DNA of 64,000 bases from Raillietiella orientalis. Its lineage: Eukaryota. Location of the stretch: contig JAYWIR010000040.1 of assembly GCA_036172245.1 (NCBI GenBank), forward strand, positions 1,612,001 to 1,676,000, in the 5' to 3' direction. The position numbers were made by a program, and so were the translations under genes. The notes below the pieces were generated by a model. That model was not told where the DNA came from, made no database searches, and was given only the letters and a program-made list of their open reading frames with translations. Positions 12,744 to 23,339 of the stretch are shown in pieces. Each line of letters opens with the position of its first letter. The stretch's first letter is position 1.

Positions 12744-15700
12744 CCTCCTTTTTTGCATCGCGATGATTTCTCCGTGTGTGTGTGTGTGTGTATCTCTCTC
12801 TCTCCCTCTCTCTCTCTCTTTGTTTCCTTCTTCCTTCCTTCCTTTTTTGTCTTTTGTGTACATCCGAATGAGTCACTGAAGGACATAAATTCCGGAACGT
12901 GTGTTTATGTCTGCTGTGCTTGTATGTGTGCATGTGTTAGTGTGATCCACGAGGACCACTGGTTAGCCAAATTCGCGCATATGTTGCATTTCCTGCTGGT
13001 ACTCTTGTATCAAAAAGCCTCGTGTGTTGCTAATGGCTCCTGCGTTTCTTCTTTTTTTCCCTCTCTCTCCCCTTGCCAGGGCTGTTGTCGAATGTGCACA
13101 TATCTCAGCAGGAAGTGTTTTCCTTTTTGGTCGTGTAGAAAAGTATCCTTGAGGAAAATAGTAATAATAATAATAATTCCTGGATTGTAATTGAACAGAC
13201 ACCTTGTTTCCCGTAGCGCGAACGTTGGCTCACTCGTCTTACGCAATGCCTTGCTACCTTGATATTGCTTTAAGGATCACATGCATAACGATTCCTGTTG
13301 TTGCCTTCCCCCCCCCCTCCTCCCCCAAATGTCGTCGTCAGTGGAAGGTTTTTCCTTCTTCTTCCTCCTCCTCCTTCCCCCCCCCCCACTCCCCCCCCTT
13401 CCTGTGTTCCACCGGATGGCTGCTGCTGCTGCTGCTGCTGCTGCTGCCGATCGGAATCGTGCTAATACGATGGCAGTGAGAATCGCGATTTATTGATCTC
13501 TGTGACAGATGCGAACCACGCGGTTCCTCGTTCGTGAAGATGTGTGTGAACACGGACCTGGAATCCGGCATTCGTGCGCCCGCGTCCGGGTGGCGTTGGG
13601 AATTCCCCCCCCCCCCCCGTACGCAACAGGGGAAACAAGGAAGAAAGGGAAGAAAAAAATGGGCGGTGGGGGTGGGGGGTGGGGAAGAGAGAGAGGGGGA
13701 GAGAGAGAAAAGAAGGGAAATGGGGGACCACGGACGTCCATTCGTTTCCGTTGGAATTATTTTTATTCCTCCGCCGGAGTGGCACGAGCCACGCGAGCCG
13801 GCGGGAAGGCCCCCGTTGTTCCGAATGCTCGTGCCGAAGAATGGGCTGCTGCGGAAGGGGGGAGGAAGATCTCGGGACAATGGCAGCAGAGCAATTTCGC
13901 AGGGTCCGCCGCCGCCGCCGCCGCCGCATGGATCCGCCGAGCTCTCTTCCTTTCGAAAGCCGTGTCGGGTCCGGCGGGTGCAGGCGGCACCCGCCCCCGC
14001 CGCGTGGTCGCCCCGTGGACCAGGAGCAGTGGCTGAAAGGGTGCGCCACGGAATATCCCCCTGCTCGAAGAATCGGGCGCGCCATTCCCTCGCTCCGTCC
14101 AAAAGTTTTTCCTGCTCTCTATTTTCCCTTACATTCCTCTCGCATGAGAACGAACGCGCGCGCGCGCGCGCGCGCTCCCGGGAGAGAGAGAGGGAGGGAG
14201 GGAGGAAATCACTTCTTTCTTGCTGGTGGACCGTCCGTTCCGAGCTTGCGCTGCTCCCGAAAAAGTTGGGTGCAATTTTCGTTTCAAGCGGATTCAAACG
14301 GCTTCCACGCGAGCGTTTACCTTCCTTTATGATCCTTTCTGCTGATGCCAGTCACGTACGCCGGCAGGGACTGGGCGCTGGCAAGGCAGTCACTGGTGAC
14401 CGTAATTAAAATTTTCTCTTCCCGTTCTGCGTACCCAGCTGCAAGCTGGAATTTGTTCTTTGTTTTTATTTTTTATTTAAAAAAAAAAAAAAACCCTCCT
14501 ATTTTTTTGGCACGCAAAGCTCCACCTTGCCGCAGGGCGTGTGCGAGTCGTCCCAAAGTGTGCTCTACGCGCACACGCGGCACACACCTCCATCGGTGTC
14601 TCGCAGCCTCAGTGTTTGTGGGGATTCGATATACATCCCCCCCCCCTTCTCTCCCCCCCCCCATCCCATGATGCTTCATCGCATCGGTGCTTCGCCGTAC
14701 TTGGTACAGAGGAGGAGATCAGTTTCCCGTCTCTCCCCCGCATAATGACCTGTCACATGTGCAGTTTTAATGGAAAGAGGCAGTGTCCGCGGCGTCTGAA
14801 TCCAAGGGGTTAAATCATTCATTAACTCGGCATAGGTAGCGTGCGACCCGAGACAAAGCTGGTCGCATCTTTCTCCTCCGAATCATCTGATGGCGTTCGC
14901 CGCCATTTTACGTCCGTCTGCCCGCCAGCTTTGCAGATTTGGTCGAAAGAAAGCGATACGGGTGAACTTTGATATGAATATGATTCCTCGGCAAACTTGA
15001 CCCGTTAAATCCATTTTCAAGTTGTTTTTGCCGCCGTTGTTGCTATGGACGCGTTTTGTGCACCTGTGCTCCGCCGCCAGCTGACCTTCGGTAGACTCGT
15101 TCATCTCCTTTGTATCAGGTAAGTGTAGCCTTAGGCTTCGTAGACAGGTTGCTGGCAGATTCTGCAGGTACACTTAGGGCAAGAGCGTGGGAAAAAACGT
15201 GATAAAGGATAATAAAGCTCCAGTATTCATATTTTTGGAAGAAAAATCCATTGTACTTCGAGTTTTGCATTATTCCCCTCTCCCCCCCCCCTCCTCCCCA
15301 AGTCCATATGTAATGTATTCCTCGTACGTTAGTACCCGTCGGAAAGCCACGAGGCCTTCGGCGCGCGGGAGTATTTTTCGTATTTTCGTTTCGTTTTTAG
15401 CCCGGTCGTTGGGTACAGTGTTTCCGTGTGTACGCGTGCACGTGTGTGTGCCCCGAGTGGTAGGCGTTCCTGTGTGCCAGGCGGGAACTCCAAACGGAGC
15501 TGCCACGGAGAGCAGTCGTCAAGCCTTCTTCCGCGGAGGTTTCCTCGGCACCCGTGCGCTCCCGGCACGGGGACGACCCCCGAGGAATGTACGCGCAGTG
15601 GGATGCACGTACGTTCCCGGCGTGAGCGTGTCGCGCACCCTTTTTGTTTTCGACGGTCGCTCCAACGACGGGGAGGAGTCCTTCGGGGTGTTCGGGGTGC

Positions 15701-15823
15701 ACCGCGCGCGCTTCCAGGAAGGCTTGTGCGCGCGGGTGGAGCGCCGTTTCGTAGATTGAAGTGCAGGAAGCGGGGGCGAGTCCCGGGGGTAGGGGAGGAG
15801 AGGGGGGGGGGGCCTTCGGAAGA

Positions 15824-15858
<35 letters not shown>

Positions 15859-16085
15859 GGCAGGCACTCACTCACTCACGCACGCCGCACTCATTTTCTC
15901 GTGAAACCCTTCTTTCTTGGTTCCGCTCTTCCGACCCTACTTTCTGTGTGCACCAGAAACGGCTGGTGCACCCCGCCGCTGCACCGCGATTATCTGTCGG
16001 ATCCCGCCTCGTGTTCCCGCAGCCTGTAATTCGTGTTCGTAATCTTTGTGTTTCAGTTTCGTAACGTGATCTTCTAAGCAGCAAA

Positions 16086-18099
16086 ATTTCCTCACCGTGG
16101 AGTTCGGCAGCTCCCTCCACTCCCAATTCCGAGATTAATGGAGGAGGGTCAAATTCGGATAAATGCGAAGTAAGGAAGCTGTGTCCTTTTTTCCCGTTTC
16201 TCACTTGCCTTTCCCGCGAAAAGGACAAAGACGATCTCGGATCCTCGGATGCGGAGGGAGTGTGGAGTCCAGACATCGAACAGAGTTTCCAGGAAGCGCT
16301 GGCCATCTATCCTCCGTGCGGACGCAGAAAGATCATCCTGTCGGACGAGGGGAAGATGTACGGTGAGCATCACCCACCGGTGAACCAGTCCCTGGTGTAG
16401 CTGAAGGGTTGCAATCGAGCTGATCGGTTATTTTCGTCACTTGGCACGCGGTCAAGTCACGCAAAATGGCTGGTCCGGATTTTCCGAGTAGACATCTAAT
16501 TGGCACGGGTCGCGTGCTCTCGCCGTGCAGCAGCACCTCTTTCTTCTCCCTCTATTTTATTTTTCAACGAGAACCGGAAAAAGAAAAAAAACAGTACTGG
16601 GTGCCATGGATTGCGCTCCTTGCAATGTGCAGATACGAAGGGCTTGATTTGAAAAAACCCCTCCTCCGTGGCTGTTGCTGCTGTCTCTTCGACAGCGAAG
16701 CGAGCCGTGGCACCGCGCGTGTTCGATGTGTGTCCTACATGTGTTTTTTTTTTTTTTTTCTCTCTCTCTCTCTCCACAGGACGCAATGAATTAATCGCAC
16801 GGTACATTAAACTGCGCACTGGAAAAACGCGCACTCGCAAGCAAGTGTCCAGTCACATTCAGGTCCTGGCGAGGAGGAAGATACGGGAACTGCAAGCAAA
16901 ACTGAAAGTTTGTATATTTTCCCGGCTCGGGTCGACAGGTTCCGTCTCGAAATTTTTCAGGAATTTCACGGACGCAATGTGCTAGAAACAGATGCATCTC
17001 CGGTGCATGGAACGGTGTGTATCCCCATCCTGTGATATACCTATGAAACCGTGTACTTCCACTAGGATCAGTCAGTAAAGGAGAAGGCCCTACAGTCAAT
17101 GACAAATATGTCTAGCGCCCAAATTGTTTCAGCCACGTTGCTAAACAACAAAGCTGCTATAACTAGTCTCGGGCTACCGTCTCCTAATTATCCCAGTCCA
17201 GTAAGTAATCCCGGCGAATGTAAAACGTAATCGTTGCTTCAGTTCTGGCAGCCAGCTTTGCAGACATCAGGATTAACGACGCTTCCAGTAACCGCAGAGT
17301 AAGCCCTTGCATGCCTCCAGTGCCGTTTTAACTGCATATGAATAGTGTGAAGCCGTTTGCCAACTCGGCTTCGTATAACATGACTCCAACTGCCAACAAC
17401 AAGGCGGACCTGACCATGTTGGCATCACCTCTAGGTCCTGCTTGGGAAGGTCGCTCCATCGGGACCACGAAGCTTCGTCTTGTGGAGTTTTCTGCTTACA
17501 TGGAAACACAGCGTGAACCAGATGGATTTCAACGTCATTTGTTCGTTCACATCAACAGCTCTCCGACGTATACGGACCCACTGTTGGAAACTGTAGACAT
17601 TCGTCAGATATACGACAAATTTCCCGAAAAAAAGGGTGGGCTGAAAGAACTGTACGAAAAAGGCCCGCAGAACGCCTTCTTTTTGGTGAAATTCTGGGCC
17701 GATTTAAGCACAAGCTTACCAGAGGGTGCCTTTTACGGGGTCAGCAGTACCTATGAAAGCAGTGACAATATGACAATAAGTTGTTCCACCAAAGTGTGTT
17801 CCTTTGGCAAACAAGTTGTCGAAAAAGTAGAAACAGAATACGCGCGATTCGAGGGAGGGCGCTTCCTCTATCGAATCAGTCGTTCCCCCATGTGTGATTA
17901 CATGATTAATTTTATCGTGAAATTGAAGCATCTACCAGAAAAGTATATGATGAATAGTGTTCTAGAAAACTTTACGATCCTGCAGGTCGTCACCAACAAA
18001 GACACACAGGAAACTCTTTTGTGCGTTGCATATGTGTTTGAGGTATCTACTTCAGAACATGGTGCCCAGCACCACATGTACCGTTTAGTGGCTGACTGA
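16086..18099 (+). CDS. sd: TEA-domain transcription factor (TEAD/scalloped). Exons: 16086-16169, 16224-16362, 16780-16907, [16961-17014 possibly optional], 17066-17200, 17243-17298, 17346-18099. Start uncertain (probable AUU).
   Basis: Spliced translation gives the TEA domain ([72 protein letters not shown]) and the YAP-binding domain ([18 protein letters not shown]...KFWAD...[13 protein letters not shown]). All introns are GT-AG and phase-consistent. Confidence 0.96.
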
Positions 18100-18170
18100 T
18101 TAGTGCCTTTTTCTGGCTTCTTTGATCTCAAAATATTTATTAATGATTTGCAACCAAATATTATATTTTA

Positions 18171-19622
18171 TTAATACAGACGCTGAGGAGGGCCCATGGT
18201 AGACTTGATGTGTAAAGAACGCACATTCTGCCAATGCTTTTTTAGCAGAGACACCAAGAAGTTGATTGACAGGTGGATGTTTTGGGCAAGCTCGTCTGCT
18301 GTCATGTTCACATGGCCTACTGCAACTGATAAACACAATACTTTCTTCATCTGAAACTTGATGGTTGCCTTCACTTCATCGATCTTTTGCAGCATATTCT
18401 CTTGGTGGGTTATCAAAGTTGGAAATTTTCCAGCTTTATTCAAGCCTGGCCCCAGCAGTCTAGGAATCTGCTTGATGAGGGCCTCAGATGCGAGGAAAGC
18501 ATCATACTTCTTAGCTGATACACACACTTTTACAAAGCACTTTCCTGATCACCTGCATTACCTAGTTTTTTCACCAATTTTTTATTCTTATTCAGCTTCT
18601 TCAAGGCATCACCATCCATGTACGGGATTTCATTGGCCTTTGCTTGGTCACAGTGTTGCTCATCTCCCAAGACACAAACCTTCATTTTTGGACGAGGGAT
18701 GTGCCTTAACCTAAAAACGAAGACTTTCAGCACCTTTTCTCCAACATGCAGAATGTTCGCTGCTGTTGCTCACCTTCAGCAGCTAAATGATGGATAGTAA
18801 TCGGAAAGATTGCCAACAGAGCACTCAACCCCAATTTATTTTAAGACTTTGGGTGCCAGTCCGCACAAGGCTACCTGTTTCATTGCTGTATTTAGATAAT
18901 GTGAATTAATTAGCTTCTATTATTTAACCTTTTATCACTTGTATCGTCAAAAGTACTTATAATTTCTTTTTAAGGCATTGCAGCATGCACTTCGAATGTG
19001 TTCATTATAACAAACTACATCTCTAAAACTTCCTAACATTAATTTGCAAGACTGTGTTTACAGCTCCTGTCAAGGAGCTACAAGACGTGTTCTCGAGTTT
19101 TAGGCACTAGTTACGGCTAAATACAGCAACTACTGTCAGGTTATACATACTTCACAGTTCCTGAGAAACGCTTATCCTTCTGTGGATCATAGTTCTTTAG
19201 GCCTATCTGCAATTCTACAGTTTCAAGAAACTTTCTTTTTTTTTCTTTTGAAAACTGTAACACCGCATTGATACACTCATAGAGCATATCTTTTGAAACT
19301 TTGGAGCTAAAACAAAAAAAGTTTAATTACAAATGAAACACCATTAAAGGGGCAGCATAATTAAACTATTAGCATCATGAAATTTGATAATGTAACACAA
19401 AAATAAATGGACAAAACGTGTCGTGATGAATCATTGATCTCAAAAATACGTTAATAATTGAACAATACTTCGGTAACTGCATCTAATACGTAGTTAGGAA
19501 ACACTACAAACTACCAACGTAATTCAAAGTTTTAAACAATTGATGATAGTCTCAAACTTAATTAACAAGCATTGCTACATCGCATAAACATTTTCATTAA
19601 AACATTACTGAACTCACCTCAT
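18171..19622 (-). CDS. RpL10a: 60S ribosomal protein L10a (uL1). Exons: 19622-19618, 19306-19151, 18710-18562, 18514-18171
   Basis: [13 protein letters not shown]...[35 protein letters not shown]...[11 protein letters not shown]...[12 protein letters not shown]. The first coding exon is ATGAG|GT; introns are GT-AG. Confidence 0.97.
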
Positions 19623-19639
19623 TTTAATTAGCACTTATT

Positions 19640-19662
19640 AAAAGAGTGCGAAAAAGAAAAAT
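19640..19662 (-). promoter_or_regulatory. Polypyrimidine TCT/5'TOP-like transcription start of RpL10a
   Basis: Minus strand reads TTTTCTTTTTCGCACTCTTTT about 20-40 nt upstream of the ATG, typical of ribosomal protein gene starts. Confidence 0.55.
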
Positions 19663-19861
19663 ACTCGAAAACCACAGCACCGAAACCAGACGCAATCACA
19701 ATTCCACAGGAAATGCAAGCAACATGCATACTATCAACAGGAATGCCACTTATGTTGTGCAGAGCAATTTCCACCTAGAAACCACAAATTTCACTGCATA
19801 TTCAGCAATTTTGTTGATGAGATATTCAACAAAATTGCTGAATTTGTTGCAGATCAGAATA

Positions 19862-20165
19862 AAAGATGTCTCAGACATAATATATTCAAAGTTGTGACCG
19901 AAAACCAAATGCAATAAATGGTTTTTGATACTCGAGAGACTTATGAATTTAAATAACAAAAGCTGCAAGCATAGATATTCTGCAAAATATTAACAGAACC
20001 CTATGTTGTTTTTAAAATAGCAACAGAAAGCGCCATATTTACTTTCATATAGTACAGCAATGAGTCATTCAATTAGATTACTGGTCACACCTTTTTTGGA
20101 TGGGATTGGTTTGTTTAAAACACAATTATAAGTGCACCACGTGTCATTATTCTAAAAATTCAAAT
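19862..20165 (+). repeat. Diverged dispersed direct repeat, copy 1 (possible DNA-transposon relic)
   Basis: Aligns by eye with 25461-25755. Shared blocks include TTCAAAGTTGTGA, GCAATAAATGGTTTTTG, TATGAATTTAAATAACAAAAGC and GATATTCTGCAAAATATTAACAG. Confidence 0.85.
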
Positions 20166-21899
20166 GCATAGTCAAAAAAAGTAAGTAAGTTTGATTGTTT
20201 TCATTGCGTCGGTTGTGTTCATTGATGACCAGTGACTCTCCCCGTCTTGTGTGTTCTGTGTGTTTTCGTTCAGTGTATTGTGCGTTTTTTTATGATTTCC
20301 TGTTTTGTCTTGCTTTATTTTATGTTTTGTAATTTGGATATTCTAAGCTTCTAATGTTTTTTATGCTTTTATTCTTTCGAATGTTGCCTATGCATAAATG
20401 TATTCAAAACTTGCTGCGGTCTTACGGCCTGGGGGCGTTCATGTCCTAAGTTGCTTGAACTTGTCTGCATTGTCAGCATTAGAGTTTGTTGTACTGATAA
20501 ATGGCAATTTGGCTTCTATTTTAGCACGCAGAACAAGGAAAAGGTTCCAGTGGATTTGGATAAAAATGTTGTTCCGTTTACATTTCCACTTGCATCACTG
20601 CTTGTTGTGGGATAGCAGAATTTAACTACAAGTACAACCATTGTTGACAACCAGGTTTTGAGTATTTAGAGGTATTTGAAGAGTGTTCATCTCGTGACAA
20701 CTTCTATGGGGCACACACACGTAGAGGAAGTGGCCAGAAGATGTCCTTCGGATCATGGCTGCCTGCAAGTCCACTTAGCCGAACGTTTCCCTCCCGCTGC
20801 AGTCAAAGAGGGGCCACTTTGATTTGATTATAATAACGTGGAATCGCGTTTCTAACTAGGAGAAGCCTCTTAAATCACCAGGTTTGTCATCATCGAGCTG
20901 ATCGACGCAATTTGAATTTTTCTAGTCGGGTTAACGTGGACGAAGATTTGCAGGTTGCAAATATTAGGCAGAATGTGAGGCAAGGATTGATGCCATCTGA
21001 TGGGGAGGAGCTTCACTGCTCTATAAATATAGGGGAGGGGCTTTTGATATCCTAGTTGAAAATAATCTATGCTGGGGGACCAGAAAAATGCTTTTTGGGA
21101 AATGTAGATCTGGTCGTAGCTTAGTAGATACAGTTTTTATCCACTAACATCGGGACGTCTTTTTAGGAAAAAAAAAAAAAAGGGGAGTTCAAGGGGAGAG
21201 TTCACCCACACGCAGGTCGGTTACTGGGGCAGTCCGGAGCAGGAGGGAAGAGGAAAATAAATAAATAAATAAGGGAAGGTGGGAGAAGAGGTCTTTGGCA
21301 ATAGGCGCTCCGTTCTATTCAGTACCACCGTCCGCTGCTGGCGACTGCCAACTTGCCGACGATCTTCCCTAAGGTGAAACCACCTCGGAGCCGTTTTTGT
21401 GTAGCGGCTGCCATGCTGGTGACCTCCCTTCGCTCCGCCCGGGACTCCAGCATATGGCAGGTTGTGATGGGTACAGCCGGTCATGTTGGTAGAGACAGCA
21501 TTTGAAGGGGATCAAAAGAACCTTTCAAAATCCCCTGATCTTCCACTTAAAAATCTCTCTTTCTTCGGAGGATATGATGTAGGGCTCCGTTCCCTCCTCT
21601 GGAGAATGTTGTGGCTGAGCCAGAAGACCCGCTGGCTCGTGAAGGAGATGGAAATGGGGTCCGAATTGGTTATGTGGCTTAACCTTTCCCCAGATTCAGG
21701 CGGAAGATATTAGTGTGAAGATATTACACAAATTAGTGTTCACATCGATGGGGAACCGGCAAGAGGGGGAGGGGACCACGCCTTCCAGCAAGGGGGGACT
21801 TACCATTCCAACACCTTGAAAAACTTCCCATGGAAACCAGTCGCAAGTGGGTAGAAACACGCTTAAATCGAAAAATGGGCCATTGGAATTCACAGAGCA

Positions 21900-23330
21900 A
21901 TTTGAGAGAAATTTAAGGCAATCGATGGGCAATTCGAAAATGTAAAATGTGGAACGACACCTTTATGAAACGCGTTTTCTGAAAAGGATTGGACGGTGCC
22001 GGGCGTCAAACCTGCCGAAGAGTTTTCAAGAAGAGTGGCGACTGATCCTTAGAGTAAAACCGAAACACAAAAGCGATCAGCACATCAACGGAAGGCGTGG
22101 GTCGAGAGTTGCTTCCCGGATGGCAGATTCTCGATATGAAATCGAATTCGTTGCAAAGGTTGAGAAACGTTTTGCATCTCAGGCAAGAGGATTCTCCATC
22201 TACAGGTGAAAGCCTCGCTAGGGAAATGCCCCTTCAACAGAAGGAACACAGCTCCCCCTATGGAGATGAATTCCTTTACGGCGATGGAAGTCCCTAATGT
22301 TCTACATGCTGAAAATTCTTCTCACGGATTCGATGGGACTACCCACGCTGGATGACGGATCTAGTGGATCCCAAGACAGAAATCCTAGAACAACCGGTTC
22401 AACATCCCATTGAAGTATAAGAGGATTCCCAGAAGTGGGGAGATGAACGAAAACGATTCTTCTTTCGAAGTGGGGAACCGAACTCGTGTAATCTTTCAGA
22501 ATGACGCCCCGTCCCCGTTTAAGACTGTCTGCATGGACTCTTTGCAAAATATCTGCTGAGGAGGTTCAAGGAAAGGGATCCCTGAGAATGGGGTCGCCAA
22601 CAAAATCGATTTCTTCTTCCGTTCGATGGGGTACTAGATCGAAGCTCCCGGACTCCACTCGTCGGCGGCCTAAGGATCTTCGCGTCGTCTTTCCGGACAC
22701 TGAGGATGCCTTCGGTGGCACATCACACGGATTTCTGGCCTTCCTCGTTGGAGCAAGTTTTCGCTGGAGCTGATGTCTCGAGGATCGTCGCCAAGCTCTC
22801 AACCATCCGCAGAACTCACGTGCGGTTGGATACACAGGTTACTAGGGCTTTCACACTGCGAAGCCGGTTGGAGCAGGGATGCTCCCCAAGTTCACTGCTG
22901 TTTCTCGTACCAACGGAACATTCATCCCTTCGTACAAGGGAGCTTCATTCTGAAGACGTGCTCCAGGAGTAGGCCGATGATCTGGCTACAATTGGGTGTG
23001 GAATCGGAGGATGAGATCCAGGGTCCGGCTCCGCCCGTTTGTAGATTTACGTCGAGACGCCGGTCTCGTCGTTGAAATTGGAAAATGCTGGTCGCTCTGG
23101 TGGTTTTACCAGAGCTGCTGGAGACACCAGTCCTTCATCGCCACTCGTAAGCGAGGAAGAAGTCTCATATAGAAGCTCGTCGTAACCCCCCATAGGTATG
23201 TAGGGAAAACGACGAGCTCATCCTACAAAGCGAGTGACATTGACTGGAGTGCTGAAGGAGCTCTGGGGCAAGGAACTCACCAAGGTGATCCCGCTGTCTA
23301 TCCGCGTCCCTTGGAAACAGGAACCTGGAG
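21900..23330 (+). mobile_element. Decayed L1/Tx1-like reverse transcriptase fragment
   Basis: Fragments 'RPRLRLSAWTLCKISA' (cf. RPISL...YKI), 'DTEDAFGGTSHGFL' (cf. DxEKAFDRVxHxFL) and 'AFTLRSRLEQGCSPSSLLF' (cf. RQGCPLSPLLF). Confidence 0.65.
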
Positions 23331-23339
23331 AAAAAAGAA

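Noticed and set aside
12627..12933. ORFs with (IY)n, (CV)n, poly-K or poly-F tracts here and at 60200-61500
   Set aside because: Translations of microsatellites and homopolymers.
19321..19330. GTTTAATTAC resembling the start of the nematode SL1 leader
   Set aside because: Only 10 AT-rich nt, no continuation, donor or Sm site; it is the antisense of an intron branch region.
19307..19617. snoRNAs in the longer RpL10a and RpL31 introns
   Set aside because: No properly spaced C (RTGATGA) and D (CTGA) boxes with a terminal stem found by eye; an H/ACA RNA cannot be excluded without a scan.
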